Shown piece after piece: positions 39,553-50,865 of a DNA stretch of 64,000 nucleotides. A program made the translations under genes and the position numbers. The stretch lies in the NCBI GenBank assembly GCA_030390025.1, contig CM059432.1, positions 149,174,001 to 149,238,000 on the forward strand, written 5' to 3'. The DNA comes from Squalus acanthias (taxonomy: Eukaryota). Within the stretch, counting starts at the first letter, position 1; each line of letters opens with the position of its first letter. A model generated the notes under the pieces. The model did no database searches. It was not told where the DNA came from and was given only the letters and a program-made list of their open reading frames with translations.

Positions 39553-39721
39553 TGATGCGGAGATGCCGGTGTTGGACTGGGGTGGACAAAAATGAGAAGT
39601 CGCACAACACCAGGTTATAGTCCAACAGCTTTATTTAAAATTACGAGCTTTCGGAGCTCCGCTCCTTCAGGTACAGTGAGGGAACACAAATCGATTACAC
39701 CGTATATAAACACAGAGAACA
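39553..39721 (-). mobile_element. Family A Penelope-like pLTR fragment with degraded hammerhead core
   Basis: Aligns to 1955-2084; minus strand uac-CUGA-(3 nt missing)-A-GGAGC-gga-GCUCC-GAAA-GC-UC-gua. Confidence 0.7.
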
Positions 39722-40128
39722 GGCGGAGCACGTCCCAAAGCTACAGTTCCTTCCTGTCCTAGTACTGGTGCTAGTGTCCCGTGAAATGGAACCCCTCTTT
39801 CCCACACCACTCCTTCAGCCACGTGTTCCCCTCCCTAATCTACGTATCCCTATGCCAATTTGCACGTGGCTCGGGTAATAATCCAGAGGTTATAATCCTT
39901 GAGGTCCTGTTCCTTAATTTAGTTCCTTGTACTCTCCAAACAGGACCTCTTGCTTACTCTTTCCTATGTTATTGGTCCCAACATGGACCACAACGATCGG
40001 GTCCTCCCCTTCCCCCTCCTATATCCTTTCAAGCCAGATAGAGATGTCCCTTACCCTGACACCAGCAACATAGCATGTGGGACTCCCGATCCTGCTTACA
40101 AAGGATGCCATCAGTCCCCATAATTATT

Positions 40129-41110
40129 TACCAAAGTGATTATCTGCACGAACATTTTTGTGTCCTTCTGCGCATGTGTGTGGTCGGCTCCGCCCCTTTT
40201 TGCGCATGTGCACCCGATCCCCTTCGCATGTGTGCTGTCACCGAGGTCTGGCCGCACACGCGCAGTACCCCACAGTTGCGGCTGCAGTGTAGCATGGGCC
40301 ACGCTTTGTTCAGATCCGTGGGACAAGGCCCGTCACTAGGATCAAAAGCGGAGAGAGAGAGAGGGGATCGGGAGGAAAGAGAGGAGGGGGGGATCGTGGG
40401 GGGAGAGAGAGGGAATTGCAGGGGGGGTGGGGAGACGAATCGAAGAGAGGGGCAATCGGGGGCGGGGCGGGGTGGGGAAGAGAGGAGGTCAGGAACTCGG
40501 GGGTGGTGGGGTAAAGAGTACGGAGAGCGCAGTCGGGATGGCTGACGAACGTGATCCAGGTCTAAAGGGGGGGCTTGAGAGCGAGAGTGTGATCCAGATG
40601 GTAAAACTGGACAAAATCCAGAAGTCACGACACTATCACTATTCACTTCATACCCAATAAACCTGTTAACAATCCGTGACCCCCCACACAATGCCCTATC
40701 TATGGGGGCGGGGGGAAGGTCAGGAACTTGTTGGGGGAAGGTGGTCATGAATCCGTGGGGGAGGAACTTGGGCGGGGGAAGAAGGTCAGGAACCTGGGCG
40801 GGGGGTGGGGGGGGGGGGGTGGGTGGCAGGAACTTGTTTGTGGGGGGGGGGGGGGGTAGGAGAAAGTCTTAACCCGCGAGGGTGAGCCCTGTCTGTTCCA
40901 AGTGAGCTCTGTTCTGTCTGGAGCCTGGCAGTCAGAATGGCTCGAATTACACTTTGCAAAGTAACTGATTACGTAGGCAGGGAGGATCTAATTACACATT
41001 CCAGAGAAACTGTTTGGTCCCCTTGGAGGACAAAACACACCCATCAGCAGTAAGGACTGGTCATCCAAGGGGACCAAGCAGAGCTTTAGGTGTTGCAAAT
41101 AAACACGTCC
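40129..41110. mobile_element. Unclassified 982-bp G-rich insertion with 6-bp TSD
   Basis: ATTATT at 40123-40128 and 41111-41116; removing the insert restores the VGDSIIMGTD frame of the host CR1 ORF1. Confidence 0.65.
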
Positions 41111-41143
41111 ATTATTGAATCCCCTACAACTACCACATTATAT

Positions 41144-42165
41144 TAGGGATAGCATAAGATCCAAGGAGAGGACATATAATTTGGCCAGAAAAAGCAGCAA
41201 ACCTGAGGATTGGGAGCAGTTTAGGATTCAGCAAAGGAGGACAAAGGGATTAATTAAGAGGGGGGAAATAGATTGAGAGTAAGCTTGCAGGGAACATAAA
41301 AACTGACTGTAAAAGCTTCTATGGATATGTGAAGAGAAAAAGATTGGTGAAGTCAAGCGTAGGATAAATGCGAGATTATCCACTTCGGTGGCAAAAACAG
41401 GAAGACAGATTATTATCTGAACGGCAATAGATTGGGAAAAGGGGAAGTGCAACAAGACCTGGGTGTCCTTGTGCACCAGTCGCTGAAGGTAAGCGTGCAG
41501 GTGCAGCAGGCGGTTAAGAAGGCAAATGGTATGTTGGCCTTCATAGCGAGAGGATTCGAGTACAGGAGCAAGGATGTCTTGCTGCAGTTGTACAGGGCCT
41601 TGGTGAGACCACACCTTGAGTATTGTGTGCAGTTTTGGTCACCTTATCTGAGGAAGGATGTTCTTGCCATGGAGAGAGTGCAGCAGAGATTCACAAGACT
41701 GATACCTGGGATGGCAGGAATGACGTATGAGGAGAGATTGGGTCGATTAGGCTTATATTCGCTAGAGTTTAGAAGAATGAGAGGGGATCTCATTGAAACT
41801 TATAAAATTCTAACAGGACTAGACAGACTAGATGCAGGAAGGCTGTTCCCGATGGCGGGGGAGTCCAGAACCAGGGGTCACAGTCTAAGGATAAGGGGTA
41901 AGCCATTTAGGACTGAGATGAGTAGGAATTTCTTCACCCAGAGAGTGGTGAACCTGTGGAATTCTCTACCACACAAGGCAGTTGAGGCCAATTCATTAAA
42001 TATATTCAAGAAGGAGTTAGATATATTTCTTAAGGCTAAAGGGATATGGGGAGAAAGCAGGGACAGGGTACTGAATTTGGATGATCAGCCATGATCTCAT
42101 TAATGCGGAGCAGGCTTGAGGGGCCGAATGGCCTACTCCTGCTCCTATCTTCTATGTTTCCTGTT
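41144..42165 (+). mobile_element. Comparatively intact CR1 LINE 3' fragment with internal deletion near 41362
   Basis: 220-aa ORF with DLGVLV, LVRPHLEYCVQFWSP, RGDLIE.YKI, FFTQRVVN.WN.LP, then a CR1 3' UTR. Confidence 0.92.
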
Positions 42166-42216
42166 CTCCTCCTCCTCCTCCTCCTCCTCCTCCTCCTCCT
42201 CCTCCTCCTCCTCCTC

Positions 42217-42251
<35 letters not shown>

Positions 42252-42256
42252 CCCCC
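42166..42256. repeat. (CCT)n microsatellite of about 25 units followed by a poly-C run
   Basis: Direct reading. Confidence 0.95.
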
Positions 42257-42999
42257 TCACCCTTTGGTCAGCCTCCTGCTCCAAGGTGCCATGGTCAGCA
42301 TTCTGGCTGTCCTTCTGACATTCTTTTCCTTATGCTCACTAGTAGCAGGTACATTGTGCCTGTTGGAGAGGATCAGTTTCTGCGAATCCTCGTTCTTTAT
42401 CTCACTTGGGTTCCCCTTACTCTGTATACCATCGGTCACACCAACCCCATTCTGACCCTGCACACCTCTACGAGGTGTGACTGAGGTCTGGAGAAAACTG
42501 TCCAGATACTCCTCCACCTCCCTTATGTGTCGGAGTGTCTCCAGCTCAATGACTCCGAGCTGGAGCGTTTCGAGATGGAGACATTTACTGCAGACACGTT
42601 CGCTCAGGACAGTCTCGCTATCCTCAAACTCCCACGTGCTGCAGTCCAGACAAACGACTTGCTCTGTCCTATCTTAATCTTTATTATTTATATCTACTTT
42701 TTAGTCTATTGTAAGATTTTTTTTTTTACACACACTAACTTGCATTAAGCAGTAAAACACTGGACAAAATTATAAATACTTACTGCCTCAAGCTTACACG
42801 AACCACTACGAGTATTGGAGGCAAAAAGCAGCACATCCTTCCCCCTTGGCACCAAATTCCCACTCTCAGCAAATTCACAACTTTAACACTCTGTTTACGA
42901 TGCGCGCTGTTTATGGCAACTCTGTGACCAAAGGTAACTGAGGGAGAAGTCCAATCTTGGTAGCAATGGAAGGTACCTGGGGAATAAGGGCAAAAAAGG

Positions 43000-43765
43000 G
43001 ATTTTTTTTCTCAAGTATAACACTGAGTAGCCTGGTGGGTTGAGGTGAATATGGAAACAATATAACGGAGGTGAAGAAGCTGGTGCGGGAAGTTAAAATA
43101 GAAAATGAGTTAAGATAGCAGGAAATTTTAAAAGAAATGTCAAGCATTTCTATAAATATATTTACATCAAGCAAGTGAAAATGGGAATGGTGGGGCCATT
43201 GAAAGATCCCAAAGGTGACTTAATAAGTGACCAAGGAATAGCACATATCATAAATAAATTCTTTATGTTCAGAATACACCATGGGCAGTCTTCCTAGTAC
43301 ACAAATTGTATTTTAGGGTAGGGGATGGGAAGAACTGAGTAAGTCCTAAAAGAAATAGAGGAAGTAAATGGAGGACAAGTTACCAGGCCTGGATAGACTT
43401 CATACAAGGGTACTTGAAGAACTGGCTTCTGATCCTGGTCACATCCTTATCACTAACTTTAGGGAATTAATTGCAACAGGTTCAAGGCCTGAGAGTTGGA
43501 AAGTAATTACCATATCACCAATCTTCAAAAAGGGCATAGGGATAACCCATGAAACTACTGACCGATGAACCTAACATCTGTTGTTGATAAATTACGAGAA
43601 GGCACTTGAAAGAGAGGATAGTGAAACACCTGGTAGCTATGGTTTAGTAAAGATGAACCAGCACGGATTTATGAGAGGAAGGTCTTGCCTAATAAATTTA
43701 TTGGAATTCTATAAGGACAGACCTTGTTGATGGTGAAGTTTCTGTGGATGCGATATATTAGATTT
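43000..43765 (+). mobile_element. Old CR1 ORF2 fragment
   Basis: PGLDRLHTRVLEEL, PESWKV..I.PIFKKG, cagcacggatttatgagaggaaggtcttgc (QHGFMRGRSC). Confidence 0.75.
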
Positions 43766-44050
43766 CAGCAAGGGTTTGGCTGCAGTACAAATTTGGACGC
43801 AGCAAGATCCGACATAGCAATGAAATAAATGACCAGATCATATGTTTTGGGTGTTGGTTGAGGGATAAATGTTGGCCAGCACACTGGGACAACTCCCTTG
43901 CTTTTTTTGAATAGTGCCATAGGATCTTTTACATCATCTGAGAGCACAGACGGGCCTAGGTTTAATGTCACATTCAAAAGATGGCGCCTCGGACAGTGCA
44001 GCACTCCCTCAGTGCTACACTACTACACAGTGCTCAAGTCTCAGGAGTTG
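43765..44050 (-). mobile_element. Deu-domain SINE fragment
   Basis: Matches 6480-6740. Confidence 0.7.
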
Positions 44051-44282
44051 GGTTTGTAAATTGATTGTGAAAGGCATCAGAGCATCATAGAAAGCCTTCA
44101 GGAAAGGGAACATACCATCCCAACATGCTCTGGCCTATATGTAATTCAAAGCCACACGATGTGGGTTTACTGTTCATTCCTTCTGAAATGGCCTGACAAG
44201 CACCTCAGTTGTAAAAACAGTTACTACTCAAGAAGATGGCCCACCACCTCCTTCTCAAGGCAACTCTGGATGGGCAATAAAT

Positions 44283-46300
44283 ATGGAGGAGGAGAGCGAG
44301 GAAGAATGCACTTCGTCAGTGGCTACCACTATCATAGGCACCGGCTCAGAGACCGGCACCATGCATTACTTAGAGGCTAGAGTAGAACAGGGATCCTCAC
44401 AGTGGGATGCACCGGGGCAGCAGCCACGCTGGGTGGAAGGGAAACCCCAGGTGCCACCTTGCTGGGGGTGGGGGGCAAGATCACATACTAGTTCTGCTGT
44501 AGTGGAGTCCGATGAGGGCCTCGCAGGGCCAAGCTTAAGAAGAAGGCTGATGGGTCTGACAAACCAAATGCTTGGTGCAATGGACAGCCTTTCTGAAAGC
44601 TTACGGGTCGTAGATAGGAGGATGGAGGAGTCCGCCTCCACCTTGGTCCATGGCTTGATGCAGAGCCTGGAACCCATCCTCTCCAGTGTGGAGAGGCTGT
44701 CCCAATTCCAGCCAGTGACCTGTGGAGCCCAATGATGCAGAGTCTGATGATTAAGGTTACAACTTCCAATGCAGTTCCTGGAACGCTAAAGTGCTACAAT
44801 GGAAGCTCAAGCAGCTGCCCTGGTGGTTCTGGGCTCCTTGGTTGAAAGGGGCTTGCAGAGTGTCTCCGATGCCCAGAGATCAATCTACACCAGATCACTG
44901 GGCGGGCTGAACAGAGGTCCCGAGGTAGTGTTGTGGGAATCATGGAGCAGGAACCTACTGACCTCTCTCTGGATTCCAGCATTACTGCTCCCTCCCCCGC
45001 CACTCCACCGTTGCCCGTCAGCCAGGCGGCCCAGACTTCTGAAGTCCATGCTGGGATGATGGGGTCATCATGATCCACAGCTTCTCGAGGGTTGTCCCAG
45101 GAGGACATTTGAACTGATCTCTTCAGAATCACAGCAGCCATCCACTTTGCCTGCTGCTGCCATTGGAGTTGCACTTCGTAGAAGTACTAGAGTAGACAAG
45201 AGCACTTATAGGATAGTCACTAAGGGTAAGCACCAGGGTGAATACTTTCATAATATTCCATTGTTTGCTTTTGCTGCAAATAAAGATTTATTATGGTAAT
45301 TGGGTAGTCGTGGAATTGTTATTTTTTATTGTGTTCTTCATGGGGAAGGGGTTGAAAGGATTGAGTGCAGATGCTGGACTTCCTGATGGATCTTCAGTTG
45401 TGGAAGGTAAAGCAATTGGCAACAGTGCTCCGTCGGTGTCTGATGGTGGAGCACGACTCTCAAAAGTGCTCCTCAATTAGATGCCGGCGAGTGTCTCTCC
45501 TAGGTGCAGGCTGTCTACCTGGAACACTCTGGTGCTCCCTCTTCCTCCTCCTCCTCCTCCTTTTATGGCTCCTGAGCTTGACCCTCTGGCACAATTGCTG
45601 GTGGTAACGGTTGGTCTCTCATGATCGCCAGATTATGGAGCATGCAGCAATCACCACGGATCTTGAGACCTTCTTGGCTGAGTACTGCAGGGCACCTCCT
45701 GACCAGTCAAGGCATTTAAACCTCTGCTTGAGGACCCCAGTGGTCTGCTCTGTGATATTGCTGGTGGCTGAGTGGCTCTCATTTTCTGAGTGCTCAGCTT
45801 GTGTCGAGGTGTTTCTCGGGGGAGACTTCTATCACCTGTGGCATCCTGGAAGGTTCCATCAGCATAAAAATTAAGTGCTACTATGACCTTGACTGCCACA
45901 GGCAATGGAGTCCTGGGTGTGTTGCGAGGTCTGAGTCTTCGTTCCAAGAGGCCATAGATCTCTGTGATGACCTCTTTGGTAAAGCACAACCTCTCTGTTG
46001 TGCTCTCTGAAGACCTTGGGTGGATAGGGCCTCCTGCTGAGAGCCTCCTGTCCCTTTCTCCTGCCGCAGCTAATGCTGCTCTGCCTGGTCATCTCCTCCT
46101 CCCATTCCTCCTGCAGAGACAAGGTGACCCCTAGCAGGATGCCCATGACCAAGCACGCCCATGACCAAGCACACCCTTTCTCCTGGTGACTCCTATGAGG
46201 TGTCCAATAAGGTATAGTAGCACACACTCTTTTTAGGTGAAATCCTGAGAGAATTTCTTGGGAAAATGTTGATAGACCGCTGGTGAAGTCTTCATGAATT
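44283..46300 (-). mobile_element. Internally deleted PIF/Harbinger DNA transposon remnant
   Basis: Minus strand LPVAVKVIVALNFYADGTFQDATGD joined almost directly to EQTTGVLKQRFKCLDWSGGALQYS; a convergent + strand ORF remnant at 44283-45060 may be the second gene. Confidence 0.8.
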
Positions 46301-47734
46301 GTCCCAGAAAGTATCTTGATGTGTCTCAAAAGTCCTCTTCAAACGCAGTGTAGTCAGTCGATCTCTGGCAGCAAGTGAACATTGAAAGCTGAGCATAGCT
46401 TTAAGTAGCGCTCAACATCCTCAACAACGACTTATTTACTCCTGTTTAGCTGGTTGCTGTTAGGACAGATTGTTAATGAAAGTGCTACCCACCAAAATGT
46501 CGTGCAGCCTCTTTAATGAACGCTGGCAGGCAATTTAATTGTCAGTCAGCCCCTTAATGGCCATTCCTAGTGCACGCTTCAACTCCTTTACCAAGATGGT
46601 GTCTTGCGCTAAACACGGGCTAAACTGACGTTGCAGCTTAAGACCCCATCTTGGCCACCTCGGAGGCTGTTTAGCACCTCAAGTATCTGGAGAAAATCGC
46701 CCTCAATGTTTTAATAACCCACTGCATGGAAACATTTTTTCCAACTGCCCCTTCATTCTTTAGTCATTACCCTTAGTCTGTGCCCCCTTGTTACCCATTC
46801 GCCAACCAGTGGAAACAATCTTTCACTATTTACGCTCTGAAAACCTGTCATAATTTTGAAATCTTTAACATCCCCCTCCCCCCCCCCACGTCCTTTGTTC
46901 CAGTGAACCTTAATTAAAGATACATTAATTTGAGTTTAACTGATGAGAAATAAACATTCTATGGATGGCCGCACCGAACCATGACTGGAGAAAATAGTGG
47001 CGAACCTATAAAATTAGTGGGTAGTTAATATTTTTAGTAAAGATATATAATTCCTGTCAAAGTTGGAAAAATGTTAATGTTTCACAAAGCATGTTAATAG
47101 GGACCATACTTCATCCACATTGTTTTTGCATGGTTCTTAACTCGCTCTGATACGGCTTGCAGGTTAGTTGGACCGAGTCCAAATCAAATGCTCGTCTTAG
47201 TTTCACATGATTAAGGGTTTAATTTCATGCTGTTTTGTACAAAGAACTATGTATGTGGCTTTCTGAATCACCTTGCATCGTTTTAGCTTAATGCCAGCAG
47301 ATAAAATTGAATCTGTGAATATTAAATGTTACATCTAGCTATCCATGTGGAAGTTTTTCCAAAAGTGAAATTTTGAAATTTGTTGAGTTACCCTTCATGT
47401 CTTGAGGAAACTATCGCAATGGAATTTCGATTATCCAGCACCCCATTATTTGTACATTCTAGTCACCAGAATTTTCACAGAAATTGCGATTGACAGCATA
47501 TTGGTGGGATTTGGCCAGGAAACTAGCTGGACTCCGGACTCGTGGCATTTATCACATTTATTGTGGGGGGAAAAACCTCCAGTGAAAATAGAACAGTTCA
47601 TTTATTTTATTTATTTAAAAAAATAATTCTCGGGATTTGGGAGTCACTGGCAAGGCTGGCATTTATTGCCTGTTCCTAGCAATTTGACACAACTGAGTGT
47701 AGGCCACTTCAGAGGGCAGTCAAGAGTCAATCAG

Positions 47735-48369
47735 GGTGTCCCAAAGCGCTTTAGATCAATGATGTACTTTTGAAGTGTGTCACTGCTTTAATGTAGGAAA
47801 CGTGGCAGCTAATTTGCTCACAGCAATCTCCTGCAAACAGAAATGTGATCATCACCAGATAATCTGTTTTAGTGATGTTGATTGAGAGATAAATGTTGGC
47901 CAGGACACCGGGGATAACTCGATAGCAAAATACTGCGGATGCTGGAAATCCGAAATAACAACAGAAAACGCTGGAAAAACTCAGCAGGCCAGGCAGCATC
48001 CGTGGAGAGAGAAAGAGAGTTAACGTTTCAGGTCGATGAAAGGTCATCGACCTGAAACGTTAACTCTCTTTCTCTCTCCACGGATGCTGCCTGGCCTGCT
48101 GAGTTTTTCCAGCGTTTTCTGTTGTTATACCGGGGATAACTCCCCTGGTCGTCTTCGAAATAGTGCCATGGGATCTTTTACATCCACCTGAGAGAGCAGA
48201 CAGGGCCTCGGTTTAACATCTCATCTGAAAGATAGCACCTTCGGCAGTGCAGCACTCCCTCAGTACTGTACTGAAGTGTCAGCCTAGATTGTGGTCAAAT
48301 GTCGAGCGTGGCTTGAATCCACATCCTTCTGACTCGGGTGTGAGTGCTACCTACTGAGCCACAGCTGAC
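47735..48369 (-). mobile_element. Deu-domain SINE hosting the hairpin insertion
   Basis: SINE sequence resumes after the 14-bp TSD; head gtcagctgtggctcagtagg. Confidence 0.8.
47921..48128. mobile_element. Family B Penelope-like insertion with inverted duplication (85-bp perfect hairpin), 14-bp TSD
   Basis: ACCGGGGATAACTC at 47907-47920 and 48129-48142; arms 47955-48039 and 48044-48128, loop AAGG. Confidence 0.85.
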
Positions 48370-48995
48370 ATAACCACTACCCTACCACACCCAGAAAGTG
48401 CTCGTGAAGGAAGGAGATTTAAAATTGAAAGAAGCAGAAGACGACTTGGGGACTCAACTATCCATCGCTTTCCCTCATCCACTTGGTGGGGTGGCAGGGG
48501 TGGGGGTTTAAAGCGAGAGTGTGACTCCTCCGTGTTCCTGTGGATACTCAAGAATCCACTGTACATTAAGCATTACAATCACACACCCATTGTGACTATT
48601 TTGGATCTCAATGAACCAGTCTGCTCAAAACCGTTCTGTCCACTTACTTGAATAGGACAAATACACGTTAGACCATTTAAAAGATATTTTCAGATGGCGA
48701 AAGATGCCATATGATGTCATGAGGAAAGTAGTTTAATTTACATAATCATTCAAAATGATAAAAATTTTCCACTGAGGATTAATAACTTGCCTGAAAAATC
48801 AACAATTTTTACATTCTTTTCTTGAAACACGTACTGGATCATACCCCCTTAAATGCCAATTTCAGAATATTGAGCATTTGTTGTGCTCCACCGATTTGTC
48901 ATGCAGTCAGAGCAGAAGTTGTGTGTCCTGAACTTCACTCTTCCTTGTTCCCATGGCAATTAACACACAATCCGTCTCTTTCTTTCACCTACCAG

Positions 48996-49127
48996 CCTGC
49001 TTCTCGAAATGCAGTTGCAGGGTTGTCAGCAGCGACACTGGCCTCACTTGGGGGATCTTCCCCTCGACGAGGGAGTGGGGATACGAGTAGCATTCTGGAT
49101 CCAGATGTTTCACTCAGTGAATTGCGG
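48996..49127 (+). CDS. LRRFIP2: LRRFIP2 internal exon ([44 protein letters not shown])
   Basis: ctaccag|...CGG|gtaagg, 132 nt; [18 protein letters not shown] is the LRRFIP2 signature. Confidence 0.95.
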
Positions 49128-49324
49128 GTAAGGTTTATTAAACTATATACATGCGTGGAGCTGGTGAACTGTTGTAACTTTTTTTTAAATGCTTCCAACT
49201 ATTGACCAAATTCTTGTAGCATTGTGTGCACCAAAAATATAACTCTTTGCAGAATTTCAGTTTGATGTTTTTGTTCCCTTCCCCCCTCCCATTTATCCAA
49301 TGGTTAATTCCATGTGTCCAACAG

Positions 49325-49396
49325 GATATCTATGAGCTTAAGGACCAGATACAAGATGTAGAAGGGAGATACATGCAGGGATTAAAAGAACTTAAG
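49325..49396 (+). CDS. LRRFIP2: LRRFIP2 internal exon (DIYELKDQIQDVEGRYMQGLKELK)
   Basis: caacag|...AAG|gtatca, 72 nt; nearly identical to the recalled human sequence. Confidence 0.95.
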
Positions 49397-50865
49397 GTAT
49401 CAGGGCCATGTCCCCCAGCATGTTTTTTTCTGTTTCCTGTGGCTGTTACACTGGGAATTTGAGCTGCACTCCTTTAACATGCTAGAGCAGAGTCCCTCTG
49501 TAGCATTTGACTAACTTTTTTTTGGCTGAGTGGTAGAGATTTTGGTTTCTTACTATATAGCATGCGCTTTTATCTGAATGTAACCCTTACAGTAATTCTT
49601 GCTATTGTGTGGAGTATCAGAGTTTGATGAATAACTTTATTGTCTCAAAGCAACTAGCAACGAAACAGTGGCGATTTCAGCAAAATACCTGCGGCACACA
49701 AAGGTGGAAAACAATTGCACTTGTTTGATTCCTAACCTATGACCTGATTTGGTTGAATTTCAGCAGTTTGCAATTTTATGTAATTTATTGTATGTTTGGA
49801 ATGTGAACATAGAGCCAGCAATGGAGAGCTCTGCATTTTCAGTCTTTGGAAACATTTCTTGGGAATTTTTGGGTAAAATTGGGAAATTTGGGGGAGAGGT
49901 GGATAAAGTCAAAATTTCAGTGGAAATTGGAGGCAAAAATGACCTTGCACAGTTTTTTTTAAAAAAAAAACTGATTTTCATCATAATTTATTCTCTATGC
50001 ATTCCGTATGTACGTAGATGCATTTTTTTTTAAACAAGTATTAATCTGGGACTCCTTAACAATTGGAATGCAAGGCTGGACGAGAGAGTGCATGTTTTCA
50101 TGGAAAGCCAGAAGTTGCTTTTGCAGTTCAAATGCAGGTAAAATAATTGGGAAAAATAAGGATTTTAATCAGAAGATACTGAAATGTCAAAAGAGTAAAA
50201 TTAATGCAAAAAACTATCCCAAGGGTGAACTGAAGGAAATGTTTCAGTTTCGAAGCTGGAAGCGTGGAACCCTGTGAATGTTTGAGAAGAAAAGAGTCAA
50301 GATGATGCTTCAGTGTTTTTGTATAGAAAAATAGTCTTTCTGTGTTTTTTTAAACTTTGAAGAATTTCAGTCAATATAAGTTTAAAAACACATTGTTTTT
50401 CCATCATGGAAATGTAAGGGACTAGACTCCCTTTAATAATCTCTCACATGATTGCTCTTTATTTGTGTCATTGTGTTGTGTAAAAATGTTGCTAAGTTAT
50501 GGCTTGTGCTTCTGCATGGCAAGTAAAGGTTCCTAGTACTAAGGTTGCTCATCACTGTAGCCGAGTTAGTCAAAATGTGTTACTTATGCCTAAACTATCA
50601 TTATTATGGTCTTGTTACCTGATTTTCAAACTCGCACCTTGCTACTGTATGCTTTCTGCTTGCATTTAATTGTCGCTGCTACAGCAGAAGGAAATTCTTT
50701 CACCAGACTTGGGAAGACTATGAATTTTAATGAGATACTTGGACAAATGAAAATACTCTCTGAGGCCCAGGGAGCTAGGGCTCACCTGCAAGCGTAGAAT
50801 TAAACATGGAGGTCAAAAAATGTCTAGAATTTAAAGAAACAGCCAAGAAACCTCTGAAACGTAAC

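Larger units (their letters stand above)
36960..42700 (-). mobile_element. CR1 LINE fragmented by nested insertions (ORF1 at 42260-42700, 41111-41140 and 39740-40128; ORF2 and 3' end at 36960-39545)
   Basis: YMDFQKAFDKVPH, GVPQ..VLGPQLF, YANDTK; ORF1 pieces are colinear with the ORF1 at 62903-63852. Confidence 0.82.

Noticed and set aside
40542..40580. CTGACGA as a hammerhead core
   Set aside because: No downstream stem II and GAAA
40075..40748. 156-aa and 202-aa ORFs as genes
   Set aside because: Low-complexity G/C-rich sequence with few stops and no recognisable domain
42036..42484. Poly-Arg, poly-Leu and poly-Ser ORFs
   Set aside because: Translations of a (CCT)n microsatellite
45651..45989. 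Domesticated HARBI1 gene
   Set aside because: Frameshifted with the catalytic core deleted, so a transposon relic
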